Below the pieces are notes generated by a model. It was not told the DNA's origin and did not search any database. It was given only the letters and a program-made list of their open reading frames with translations. Source: a virus (lineage: Duplodnaviria > Caudoviricetes). Taken from it: 26,648 nt of DNA. The stretch lies in the IMG/VR virus record IMGVR_UViG_3300047668_000467, positions 1-26,648 of that record; one strand, given 5' to 3'. The position numbers and the translations under genes are program-made. Below are positions 1 to 7,875 of this stretch, in pieces. Within the stretch, counting starts at the first letter, position 1, and each line of letters opens with the position of its first letter.

Positions 1-64
1 AAGAGTTTCCAGGCAAAGCAGCTCAGCTGCAGCATGAGATACGTACCTGGATTATCCAGGCAAA

Positions 65-276
65 CGATAGTACCCGACAGTATTCGACAGTACTCAAGGG
101 TTACCATTATCACAATGAGGTGGCACAAGGTCGTCTTGTGTAGGGTACACTACCCTTATACTATATATAGTATATAAATATATATATATATTTTAAATTG
201 TATATTAGAGAGGGGTGTGCCTACTCACCAAAAATGGTAACCCTCGGATACTATTGGATACTATTGGATACTATCG
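65..276. repeat. Imperfect 44-bp inverted repeat (arms 65-108 and 233-276), each arm made of ~10-bp tandem units, flanking an AT-rich core; candidate replication origin
   Basis: Left arm CGATAGTACC CGACAGTATT CGACAGTACT CAAGGGTTAC CATT; reverse complement of right arm CGATAGTATC CAATAGTATC CAATAGTATC CGAGGGTTAC CATT (35/44 identical by hand alignment). Core 156-206 is nearly all A/T and includes the perfect palindrome TATACTATATATAGTATA (157-174). Confidence 0.8.
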
Positions 277-286
277 AAAAAAACTA

Positions 287-315
287 TAGACAAGAGAGGA
301 AAATTATGATACTAT
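287..315 (+). promoter_or_regulatory. sigma70-type promoter
   Basis: TAGACA-17 bp-TACTAT with TG extended -10; upstream of GAGGAGG RBS and ATG 344. Confidence 0.7.
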
Positions 316-343
316 TAACAACTAAATATTTGAGGAGGTTAAC

Positions 344-784
344 ATGATACCATTACTAAAGGGGGCAGAGCAGATTAGATATCACTCACCTATATATCAG
401 AGCATCTATGATGAGGACGACGAAGTTGTAGATGAGGAGTTAGTAAGGGAGGGTACTGATGTGATGAACACATTCTTAATACCAGTAGCAACAGATAAGA
501 AGTCCAGGTATTATAGGCTTCGCTACTCTATCAACGCTAAAGAACACAAACGCAAGTGGCAAGATTGGATAAATGCACAGATGCGATCCATGTCTGACTC
601 TGGTATTGACCTTAAGGTTAAGGTTAGTAAGATAGGCAGACGAGTTATGTTTGAGTACGACCACAAGTATGACGAGAAGAAGGCAAAGGTACAACGCATA
701 ATCATAGCAAAAAATCGCAGACATATGATGGACGCAACTAATGTTAATGAATTATTAAACCAACTAGTAGAGGATATAAGATGA
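344..784 (+). CDS. hypothetical phage protein (146 aa)
   Basis: ORF with strong GAGGAGG RBS after promoter; stop overlaps next ATG; no recognised family. Confidence 0.75.
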   Translation: MIPLLKGAEQIRYHSPIYQSIYDEDDEVVDEELVREGTDVMNTFLIPVATDKKSRYYRLRYSINAKEHKRKWQDWINAQMRSMSDSGIDLKVKVSKIGRRVMFEYDHKYDEKKAKVQRIIIAKNRRHMMDATNVNELLNQLVEDIR

Positions 785-918
785 GTAAAAAGAAATACCC
801 TAAAGATATAGATAAAAAATCATGGGACATAATGGCTAACTTCTACGATAATGTAGTATGCTTAGCCTATTGTGTCGGAGCATTCACATTAGCCTGTCTG
901 ATATGGTGGTCACTATGA
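781..918 (+). CDS. small membrane protein (45 aa, MSKKKYPKDIDKKSWDIMANFYDNVVCLAYCVGAFTLACLIWWSL)
   Basis: Translated by hand (below ORF-track cutoff); GAGGA RBS, ATGA overlaps at both ends, hydrophobic C-terminus. Confidence 0.65.
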   Translation: MSKKKYPKDIDKKSWDIMANFYDNVVCLAYCVGAFTLACLIWWSL

Positions 919-1169
919 TGTACATAGTAACAACATGGGAAACTATGCAGTCCAGGTATGAAGTCGAGGCAGCTGATAAGAACCAAGCCTGGGAATTCAT
1001 ACTAGATAACAAAGGAAAACAAGTGGAAAAAATATGGGCAGAAGATGGCTCGTATGTAGTAGAGCTTAAGGATACTCAGGATAAGCCTAAGTTTCCTGGG
1101 AATGTCGTGGACTTTAAACAAAAAGTCTTGGAGATTATGAAACAAAAGAAACCTATTGACAAGGAGTAA
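915..1169 (+). CDS. hypothetical protein, N-terminus resembling DpnD/PcfM-like small domain
   Basis: Start moved from 858 to the ATG overlapping the upstream stop; motif YIVTTWETMQSRYEVEAADKNQA. Confidence 0.6.
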   Translation: MMYIVTTWETMQSRYEVEAADKNQAWEFILDNKGKQVEKIWAEDGSYVVELKDTQDKPKFPGNVVDFKQKVLEIMKQKKPIDKE

Positions 1170-1174
1170 AGACT

Positions 1175-1474
1175 ATGCTAAACACAATGGACTTAGTAAA
1201 AATCAAATGGCTTGATGCAATGTCAGACGACAACACATGGCAAGACTTGTCTGAATTAAGGCAACAAACATTACGACCAGTTGAAACTGTAGGTTGGATA
1301 CTAATACAAATGAAGACAACCATAGTAACTATCTCATCATATGATGAGGAGAGTAAGACTGGTGGTGGGGGTGTAGTTATTCCTACCAACTGCATAACAG
1401 AGATACAATACCTAGAGGGAGGAAGATGTGAGCGATACGACAATGGCGAAAGGATTGCAGACGACACCATATAA
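1175..1474 (+). CDS. conserved phage hypothetical protein (99 aa)
   Basis: AAGGAG RBS; pattern V.I.W.DA...W...TVGW...IP..CI..I common in phage small proteins. Confidence 0.7.
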   Translation: MLNTMDLVKIKWLDAMSDDNTWQDLSELRQQTLRPVETVGWILIQMKTTIVTISSYDEESKTGGGGVVIPTNCITEIQYLEGGRCERYDNGERIADDTI

Positions 1475-1874
1475 GACAAGGCTATTCACATATGGCACAC
1501 TAAAGCAAGGGGGCAGACTAGCTAGTTTAATACAGCAGTCCAGGTATATAGGAGAATACTTCACCCTTCATTCAGTCTTTCAGATGAGAGATTATGCTAA
1601 CGCATTTCCGATTGTGTTCTTTGATTATGGAGGGGCAGGAGGCAAGTCAATCAAAGGGGACTTGTATGAGTTAGATGTAAGGGCAATGGAATCTATTAAT
1701 CAAATGGAAACCAATGCGAACTACACACCACACATAGCAGATGTAATTAACGAGCAAGGGTACATCACCAATGCATTGATGTTTGTTAACTGTAATCGTG
1801 AGTCTGTGCCAGATGTACAGCTATCACACAAAAATATTATTGAAGAGAAAGGATATCAAGTATGGCAACAGTAG
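1428..1874 (+). CDS. gamma-glutamyl cyclotransferase (AIG2/GGCT-like) family protein
   Basis: N-terminal LFTYGTLKQG signature, IKGDLYEL, and INQME...Y at the catalytic Glu position. Confidence 0.8.
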   Translation: MSDTTMAKGLQTTPYKTRLFTYGTLKQGGRLASLIQQSRYIGEYFTLHSVFQMRDYANAFPIVFFDYGGAGGKSIKGDLYELDVRAMESINQMETNANYTPHIADVINEQGYITNALMFVNCNRESVPDVQLSHKNIIEEKGYQVWQQ

Positions 1875-2026
1875 GAGGAATAGTAACATACATATGTGTG
1901 TATGGATTTTTTATAATGGGAGGTTTAAGTTTCTTCTTTGCCCCCAACCCAGTTACATTATTGTTTCTGTGTTTCACAATATATATATTTACAATGAGGA
2001 GAAATCATGATAAAGAAAAAGATTAA
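1862..2026 (+). CDS. small two-TM membrane protein (54 aa, MATVGGIVTYICVYGFFIMGGLSFFFAPNPVTLLFLCFTIYIFTMRRNHDKEKD)
   Basis: Translated by hand; AAGGA upstream; fills gap between 1874 and 2007; two hydrophobic stretches. Confidence 0.55.
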   Translation: MATVGGIVTYICVYGFFIMGGLSFFFAPNPVTLLFLCFTIYIFTMRRNHDKEKD

Positions 2027-2243
2027 GAAGCCCGTGCGAGATGAGGATATCCTGGAAGATGGAGACTTTGTAATGGATGGGTACGCAGTACAAATACCAA
2101 CTGGTCAATCAAAGGTAGACATCGATGATCTTACCATTGACCAAGACGATTATGAATTACAACAAGAGGAGGTAGCCAATGGTATGGAATCCAACGACGC
2201 AGAACCTATTGCAGTCGACAGATATTTCAGACGCATTAGATAA
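2007..2243 (+). CDS. acidic hypothetical protein (78 aa)
   Basis: GAGGAG RBS; co-oriented in dense operon. Confidence 0.65.
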   Translation: MIKKKIKKPVRDEDILEDGDFVMDGYAVQIPTGQSKVDIDDLTIDQDDYELQQEEVANGMESNDAEPIAVDRYFRRIR

Positions 2244-2499
2244 GGCAGTAGAATATTTAGACAACAGTGAATCAGATGAACCAAATGTTAGTATTAAAAA
2301 TGACAATCCTTTTGCTCTTCGTATGCGTGTATATAAATTTATAAAAGCATACCGATTGCAAATGAAAGACAACGAAGTAGTAGATGAAAATAAATACAAT
2401 CATCTAAAGATTAAGGCAACAGATAGTGAGGTAATAATTACCTCATCACTTGAACAACCAGGAATAACTTTAATGACAGACGAAGGGAATGTACTATGA
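2179..2499 (+). CDS. hypothetical protein (106 aa)
   Basis: GAGGAGG RBS; ATGA overlap with next gene. Confidence 0.7.
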   Translation: MVWNPTTQNLLQSTDISDALDKAVEYLDNSESDEPNVSIKNDNPFALRMRVYKFIKAYRLQMKDNEVVDENKYNHLKIKATDSEVIITSSLEQPGITLMTDEGNVL

Positions 2500-2792
2500 A
2501 GGGTGACAAATTAGAAGATATGTTTTCAAAATGTATAGAAGAAATGCGACCATCCATACTAGCATTAGGTAAGAAGTACCCAATAGACCTAGTCAACAGT
2601 GCTATGTTAGAGTTAGGGTTGCGTATGTTACTCATGCGTGCTGGCTCAACTCATACCTTGCATATGTTCAGCAGTACAGTAGCTGCTATACTAGAGAAGG
2701 GACCCCTGGTTGAAGCATTCGTAGAGAGCAATGAACTTGACGAGGTCGATTGGTTAGAGAATGGATCTCTAATTAAACCAACACTACATTAG
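2496..2792 (+). CDS. hypothetical protein (98 aa)
   Basis: Translationally coupled ORF; C-terminal PTLH typical of small alphaproteobacterial phage proteins. Confidence 0.7.
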   Translation: MKGDKLEDMFSKCIEEMRPSILALGKKYPIDLVNSAMLELGLRMLLMRAGSTHTLHMFSSTVAAILEKGPLVEAFVESNELDEVDWLENGSLIKPTLH

Positions 2793-2800
2793 GAGAGAGT

Positions 2801-3052
2801 ATGACGCACAATATTAATAAGGTAACACCAGGTTATGGTAAGACTTGGTATATTAAATGGACTGCATCCTTCATCATCATCATAGGCATGTTGTTGACAG
2901 CAGTAGAGATAAGCCCATTGAACTTAGTGTTCCATTTAGGTGGAGTAACTGGTTGGTTTATAGTAGGGTACCTATGGCATGACCGAGCAATCATGACAGT
3001 CAATTCTATAGCCATGTTTATATTTTCAGTAGGAATATTGTTAAACTTTTAG
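2801..3052 (+). CDS. small three-TM membrane protein (DUF6552/PnuC-like half-transporter resemblance)
   Basis: AGGAG RBS; WYIKWTAS...PLNL...GW..VG.LWHDRAI..VN pattern with three hydrophobic helices. Confidence 0.65.
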   Translation: MTHNINKVTPGYGKTWYIKWTASFIIIIGMLLTAVEISPLNLVFHLGGVTGWFIVGYLWHDRAIMTVNSIAMFIFSVGILLNF

Positions 3053-3053
3053 C

Positions 3054-3081
3054 TTGACAATTTTTTTATATATGATACTAT
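3054..3081 (+). promoter_or_regulatory. sigma70-type promoter
   Basis: TTGACA-16 bp-TACTAT with TG extension, in an intergenic gap. Confidence 0.7.
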
Positions 3082-3103
3082 CAATAATAAAATAAGGAGA
3101 AAT

Positions 3104-3250
3104 ATGCCGACAGTATATACTGACTACGAACAAGAAACATTTCAAAATCAACTAAGACTTTTAAATATATTACTTGATACAAATAAAAAATTAGAAAGGA
3201 TAGCTACTGCTTTAGAAGAAAATAAAAAATCAGATGGAGTAACAAAATGA
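3104..3250 (+). CDS. small coiled-coil protein (48 aa, MPTVYTDYEQETFQNQLRLLNILLDTNKKLERIATALEENKKSDGVTK)
   Basis: Translated by hand; TAAGGAG RBS; ATGA overlap with 3247. Confidence 0.7.
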   Translation: MPTVYTDYEQETFQNQLRLLNILLDTNKKLERIATALEENKKSDGVTK

Positions 3251-3507
3251 AATACGATATCACAACATCACACATGAACACACAACATTGGACAGTTGAA
3301 GCTGAGTCTAAAGAACAAGCCGAAGAAATATTTAAGAAGGGTGACATAGAATGGAGCAAAGAACTACGAAGATATGTAAGTAGAAATCCTATACCTCATG
3401 TACTACAGGGGTTAGTTACAATCCCCGATGCACAGCTCAGGGCTATCAATGTGATACCTGGACAAACAGAGCCAAGCTTTACAAAACTAGGAGAGAGCAA
3501 TGACTAA
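3247..3507 (+). CDS. hypothetical protein, N-terminus resembling DpnD/PcfM-like small domain
   Basis: GGAG RBS; motif YDITTSHMNTQHWTVEAESKEQAEE. Confidence 0.65.
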   Translation: MKYDITTSHMNTQHWTVEAESKEQAEEIFKKGDIEWSKELRRYVSRNPIPHVLQGLVTIPDAQLRAINVIPGQTEPSFTKLGESND

Positions 3508-3742
3508 GAAGATAGAACAAGAAGAAGAACTTAGTATACCTATGGACTTGCTTGATAAAGACCCATTGCAATTAGCAGAGAGTGAAGAAGACATACAAAC
3601 TATTGTCACTTACTTACGTGCTACCCGGGAAAACATACGAGCAACGGAGAAAGCAGGTAAAAGAATCACCAGCAAATCATCACGAACTAAACCTAAACAA
3701 TACGAAACAAATGTATTAGATATGTTAATCAAGGAAGCTTAA
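3500..3742 (+). CDS. hypothetical protein (80 aa)
   Basis: AGGAG RBS; coupled to neighbours. Confidence 0.7.
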   Translation: MTKKIEQEEELSIPMDLLDKDPLQLAESEEDIQTIVTYLRATRENIRATEKAGKRITSKSSRTKPKQYETNVLDMLIKEA

Positions 3743-3870
3743 TGATAGATTACTTTTATTATTTATGTGAGAAGTATGGAGGAAAGATAAGTAATTGGGC
3801 ATGGCATAAGCGATGGAACAATAGAGAAACAAGATGGAACAAGAGGAATAAAAATGGAACAACCAGATAG
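3742..3870 (+). CDS. small Trp/Arg-rich protein (42 aa, MIDYFYYLCEKYGGKISNWAWHKRWNNRETRWNKRNKNGTTR)
   Basis: Translated by hand; AAGGA RBS, TAATG overlap; fills gap before nuclease. Confidence 0.6.
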   Translation: MIDYFYYLCEKYGGKISNWAWHKRWNNRETRWNKRNKNGTTR

Positions 3871-4771
3871 ATTAAAAAAATTTATATATCAAGATGGAAA
3901 TCCTATACAAAAGATATGGGATACATCAAGTCTATCTTCGTTCTCATCATGCCCCCGTATGTACAACTGGACTAACCTACAAGGGTACAAGTCTAAGATG
4001 TATGGTATGGCAACTGGCTTTGGGTCAGCAGTACATGAAGGCTTTGAAGTATTAGATGCACAGAAATTCAAGGGGGCAACTAAGGATGAAGCGGTAGCTG
4101 CAGCTGTAAAGCATGTACTCCTGGAATTTGGTGAGGCTCTTAACAAATCAGAAGATAAGGCACGTGGGTTAACGGCAGCTCTCAGGGCTGTTACCTGGAG
4201 AGGCGAAGAATATTGGGATGACCTATTTGAAATAGCAACCATGCCTAATGGTGAGCCATGTTTAGAGATGAGATTCGAAGTACCCTTTGGTAGTGGAGAG
4301 TATAGATTCTCTGGTCGTATAGATAAGGTAGTACAACTAGAAGGTAAGCTATACCTATGTGATATTAAAACAACTAAGACAACACTCAACTCTAATTACT
4401 TTGGTAACTTCATGCCGAACAACCAAGTCTTTAGTTACATATGGGCAGCCAGGGAAGTACTAAAGCTAGACATAGTAGGCTTCATCATTGATGCCGTACA
4501 AACTGGTGTTCACTTCACTAGGTTCGATCGAAGTGTATACAATGTACCAACAGATTTAATAATGGAATGGTATAAGGATACAGTAGACACACTAGATACA
4601 TCAACTAAATATTTTAACAACCAACATTATCCAGCAGACTTTACTGCTTGTAATAACTATGGTGGCTGTAGGTTTAAGGAGACTTGCTCGTCATCACCAT
4701 CACGTCGGAATTTATTTTTAGATAATGACTTCGACAAACAACCTCATCCAGATTTGCAGGAGGCAATATGA
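3854..4771 (+). CDS. PD-(D/E)XK exonuclease, Cas4/RecB/AddB-like, probable 4Fe-4S cluster
   Basis: SCPR, FGSAVHE, E.RF, GRIDK, DIKT, Q...Y motifs; C-terminal C-x6-C-x5-C plus N-terminal Cys. Confidence 0.85.
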   Translation: MEQPDRLKKFIYQDGNPIQKIWDTSSLSSFSSCPRMYNWTNLQGYKSKMYGMATGFGSAVHEGFEVLDAQKFKGATKDEAVAAAVKHVLLEFGEALNKSEDKARGLTAALRAVTWRGEEYWDDLFEIATMPNGEPCLEMRFEVPFGSGEYRFSGRIDKVVQLEGKLYLCDIKTTKTTLNSNYFGNFMPNNQVFSYIWAAREVLKLDIVGFIIDAVQTGVHFTRFDRSVYNVPTDLIMEWYKDTVDTLDTSTKYFNNQHYPADFTACNNYGGCRFKETCSSSPSRRNLFLDNDFDKQPHPDLQEAI

Positions 4772-4869
4772 TCGTCAACATTTTGTTGGGATTTATAATT
4801 TTTGATTTACTTGTTATCACATTTATGTTATATGCAATTGGAAAAATTATTGATGAGAGATTAAAATAA
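4768..4869 (+). CDS. single-TM micro-protein (33 aa, MIVNILLGFIIFDLLVITFMLYAIGKIIDERLK)
   Basis: Translated by hand; GGAGG RBS, ATGA overlap. Confidence 0.55.
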   Translation: MIVNILLGFIIFDLLVITFMLYAIGKIIDERLK

Positions 4870-4872
4870 GTG

Positions 4873-4901
4873 TTGACACAATAACAAAACTATGTTATAG
4901 T
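4873..4901 (+). promoter_or_regulatory. sigma70-type promoter
   Basis: TTGACA-17 bp-TATAGT with TG extension. Confidence 0.75.
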
Positions 4902-4926
4902 GGTGACTCATTTAACAGGAGAAAAA

Positions 4927-5718
4927 ATGGCAAACATAAAAACACACAAGTCAGCAGAGTATACTAAGCTTATGTTGGTAGGGGATAGTGGCTCGGGTAA
5001 AACCACAGCACTAGCTTCGCTTGCAAATGCTGGGTATAACTTACGCATACTAGACTTTGATGATGGTCTGTCTATTCTTCCAGAGTTTTTAAACAAAGAT
5101 GCGATAAAGAATGTATCCTTTATTACTTGCAAAGATTCTTTAGGACAAGCGACAGCTTTCCGTAAGGGTGTGCAGATGATTACTAATTGGAAAGATGGCG
5201 ACGAAGATTTTGGTTCAGTTAAAAACTGGACTAATAAAGATGTACTTGTTATAGACAGCTTGACTTTGATGGGCGAGGCAGCACTACGTGGTGCTATGGT
5301 TTTTAATAATAAGAAACCAACCGACCAACCCAGTCAACCAGAATGGGGGACAGCCGCAAGGGATGTTCAACATATCATACAATATATAACAGGTTCAGAG
5401 GTACCGTGTAATGTAGTAGTAACTACACATATGCAGTACATGGAAGGAGACTTAGGAGTATCCAAAGCATACCCAACAAGTGTAGGTTCTAAACTATCAA
5501 CTAAGATAGGTAGATACTTTAACTGTGTATGCAGAATAGATACTAGGTCTTCAAGCAAGGGCACTGAGCGTACCCTACGAACAGTATCGGATCACAAGAT
5601 GGACTTAAAGATCACAGCACCAAGTCGTGTTGAGGCTAATACCGAATGTGATTTAGCAAAATTGTTTGATGCTATTCAAAAGAATGCTCAAAGTAAATTA
5701 ACCATAGGAGATAAATAA
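4927..5718 (+). CDS. P-loop ATPase, AAA_24/Sak4-like single-strand annealing recombinase
   Basis: Walker A GDSGSGKT, ILDFDDG, Walker B LVIDSLT; AGGAG RBS supports start at 4927; sits between exonuclease and SSB-like gene. Confidence 0.8.
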   Translation: MANIKTHKSAEYTKLMLVGDSGSGKTTALASLANAGYNLRILDFDDGLSILPEFLNKDAIKNVSFITCKDSLGQATAFRKGVQMITNWKDGDEDFGSVKNWTNKDVLVIDSLTLMGEAALRGAMVFNNKKPTDQPSQPEWGTAARDVQHIIQYITGSEVPCNVVVTTHMQYMEGDLGVSKAYPTSVGSKLSTKIGRYFNCVCRIDTRSSSKGTERTLRTVSDHKMDLKITAPSRVEANTECDLAKLFDAIQKNAQSKLTIGDK

Positions 5719-6155
5719 TGTCAGATGTTCTTGACTTTTTAAGCATGACTCCAGGGGATATCCCAGAGTCTATCACACTGCCCGAGGGCAGTTACGATTT
5801 CACTATCACTTCTTATCGTTCGGATAAGGTGGGTGAAAATCAAACACCACTGGTACGTATCAACGTCAAGGCAGTGGGAGTTATTCAATCCGACATAGCC
5901 GACTCAGATTTAAAAAATGCTGAGCCTACTCGCATGGAATTTTGGGCGACACCAAAAGCAATGCAACAAAACAACCCAGCTATGTCATTGAAAGCGTTCC
6001 TATTAAAGGGATTGGAAATGGATGACAGTGCGTCGTTCAGTGAATTGCTAGAGCAAGCAATTGGTCAGACCTTTAGTGGTATTGTCAAGCATGAGATGGT
6101 TGGCAGAAATAAAGATATACTTCAAGCTTCTGTAAAGAAGATCATTAAGAAGTAA
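5718..6155 (+). CDS. DUF669-like putative single-stranded DNA-binding protein
   Basis: LPEGSYDFTI start, OB-like beta pattern, IGQTF...VKH end; follows Sak4-like gene. Confidence 0.65.
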   Translation: MSDVLDFLSMTPGDIPESITLPEGSYDFTITSYRSDKVGENQTPLVRINVKAVGVIQSDIADSDLKNAEPTRMEFWATPKAMQQNNPAMSLKAFLLKGLEMDDSASFSELLEQAIGQTFSGIVKHEMVGRNKDILQASVKKIIKK

Positions 6156-6159
6156 TCTA

Positions 6160-7263
6160 ATGGGTGAGTATGCAGTATACAAACGTGTAGCATCACGCAA
6201 GCCTCAATCAGCCGAGGCTTGTAAGATTGCTATAGTCTTTGAGTATCCTACCAACAGTGAGACAATCGCTAACACTATCCTGCGTGGGGGCACGGGAAAA
6301 ATGTTTGCCGAACTCTGTGACATTGCAGGTATTGAACTCTCCGACTGTCTACTCACCCATACTATACAATTAAAACCGCACCTTAACACAGCACAATACT
6401 TCTTTCATAAGAGAAGTGAATACAAAAGATTATGTAAGACAACAGAGTGGCGTTCACCTTACGCACCAACGAGTGAAGGATTTCTTAAGCAAGAGTATGA
6501 ACAAGACATCCAAAGGTTACACAAAGAGATAGAAGAAGCCAATCCAAATATCATTATCGCAATGGGTTCAGTGTCTTTGTGGGCAGTGACAGGGCTAGCT
6601 AAGATTGGTAAGAACAGAGGGGCTACGTTATTAACGGAGCTTTTATCTACAACTTATAAAGTACTACCAACTTACAGCCCTGTCTCTGTCGTTAAAAATT
6701 TTAAGTGGAGACCCCATGTTGTAGCTGACTTACAAAAAGCACAAAGAGAATCAGTAACAAAAGAATTAGAACATACAGTCAGAGAGATATGGATTGAACC
6801 AACACTCGAAGACTTGGATGTTTATTACAAGAAATATATTAGTGAAGCTAACCATGACAATCCTCTCGCATTTGATATTGAAACAGCAGAAGGCTCTATC
6901 GTATGCATAGGCTTTGCACCTAACCCTAGTACTACAATCGTAGTACCTTTTCGTGACAAGAATAAAGACTTACTTAACTACTGGAATGCAGCTGATGAGA
7001 TGGCTGCCTGGAAATGGGTGAAAGATATTCTTGAGAATGATAAGATAGTTAAGGTAGCACAGAATCAATTGTATGATGTATCATGGCTTGCCCATAAACA
7101 AAAGATACATGTTAAAGGTATAGTGCATGACACTATGCATGCACAACATTCACTGCAACCCGAACAAGAAAAGGGATTAGGTTTCTTAGGCTCGATATAC
7201 ACAAACGAGAGTGCTTGGAAAACCTTAGCCAAGTTTTCAAAGAGTACCAAAGCAGATGAGTAA
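6160..7263 (+). CDS. DNA polymerase A N-terminal subunit: degenerate family-4 uracil-DNA-glycosylase-like domain plus 3'-5' exonuclease (ExoI/ExoII)
   Basis: UDG4-like KIAIVFEYP...G.TG...IIIAMG..S...PTYSP; ExoI LAFDIET, ExoII AQNQLYD, DTM...SLQPE...GLGFLGSIYT. Confidence 0.8.
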   Translation: MGEYAVYKRVASRKPQSAEACKIAIVFEYPTNSETIANTILRGGTGKMFAELCDIAGIELSDCLLTHTIQLKPHLNTAQYFFHKRSEYKRLCKTTEWRSPYAPTSEGFLKQEYEQDIQRLHKEIEEANPNIIIAMGSVSLWAVTGLAKIGKNRGATLLTELLSTTYKVLPTYSPVSVVKNFKWRPHVVADLQKAQRESVTKELEHTVREIWIEPTLEDLDVYYKKYISEANHDNPLAFDIETAEGSIVCIGFAPNPSTTIVVPFRDKNKDLLNYWNAADEMAAWKWVKDILENDKIVKVAQNQLYDVSWLAHKQKIHVKGIVHDTMHAQHSLQPEQEKGLGFLGSIYTNESAWKTLAKFSKSTKADE

Positions 7264-7265
7264 CA

Positions 7266-7580
7266 ATGAAACGATCAGAACTATTCTCGGTCAAGCCAAT
7301 GCCCGAGGATTCAACAGACATAGAGAACCATTACAATTTATGGAGGGCAGTACTAGATCAAGCAGTACAAGACTATGCTTACGAAGGAACAGCAAAAGAA
7401 TCTTTGAAGCACAAGAAAGAAGTAGAGAAGTGGTTACGATATAAGTATGATGAATTTAAATACATATGTGACTTAGCATCAGTCGACCATGAAAGAGCAC
7501 GAAAAGAATTTGAACGATACAAGGAGGGTGAATATGACAACAACAGGAAGATCTTCAGAGCTATTAAAAAAAGCGAGTGA
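7266..7580 (+). CDS. conserved phage hypothetical protein (104 aa)
   Basis: LWRAVLDQAVQD...WL...F..ICDLA..D pattern seen in phage small helical proteins. Confidence 0.7.
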   Translation: MKRSELFSVKPMPEDSTDIENHYNLWRAVLDQAVQDYAYEGTAKESLKHKKEVEKWLRYKYDEFKYICDLASVDHERARKEFERYKEGEYDNNRKIFRAIKKSE

Positions 7581-7875
7581 CCTGGTTAGTGGTGACAGAC
7601 AAGTAGATTACGGAGACAAATTAGTTAACCATGTTAACATAGCAAACTTATGGTCTGCTTATACTAACATGAACATAGGTCCACATGACGTAGCAGTTAT
7701 GATGTGCCTACTTAAGATAGCCAGACTAAAGCAAGGTACTCGTACTGAGGATACATACCTAGACGCTTCAGCTTACATGGCAATTGCTCGTGAAATAGGA
7801 GAACGAGTAGAGGACTTACATAAGAAACAATTGGAGAGAGAAAATGGCGAGGATAGTAAAGAACACAGAGATTAA
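7534..7875 (+). CDS. DUF6378-like protein
   Basis: A..LV.GDR..DYG...N..NIA.LWSAY...DVA.MM.LLK.AR...D.Y.D...Y signature; GGAGG RBS before ATG 7534. Confidence 0.75.
   Translation: MTTTGRSSELLKKASDLVSGDRQVDYGDKLVNHVNIANLWSAYTNMNIGPHDVAVMMCLLKIARLKQGTRTEDTYLDASAYMAIAREIGERVEDLHKKQLERENGEDSKEHRD

Noticed and set aside
65-276. CRISPR array or transposon terminal repeats
   Set aside because: Units are 10 bp with no spacers and there is no transposase; the Cas4-like nuclease is a common stand-alone phage gene
1783-2010. 75-aa ORF from the track
   Set aside because: Overlaps GGCT heavily; the 1862-2026 frame has a better start and a coherent membrane profile
3889-4389. 166-aa - strand ORF
   Set aside because: Antisense shadow of the well-supported exonuclease; no motifs
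7256-7444. 62-aa + strand ORF
   Set aside because: Overlaps the better-supported 7266-7580 gene in another frame; no motifs
7264-7843. Intron or split intein between the polymerase halves
   Set aside because: Interval is filled by two ordinary ORFs; no homing endonuclease motifs or intein terminal residues; the polymerase ORF has its own RBS
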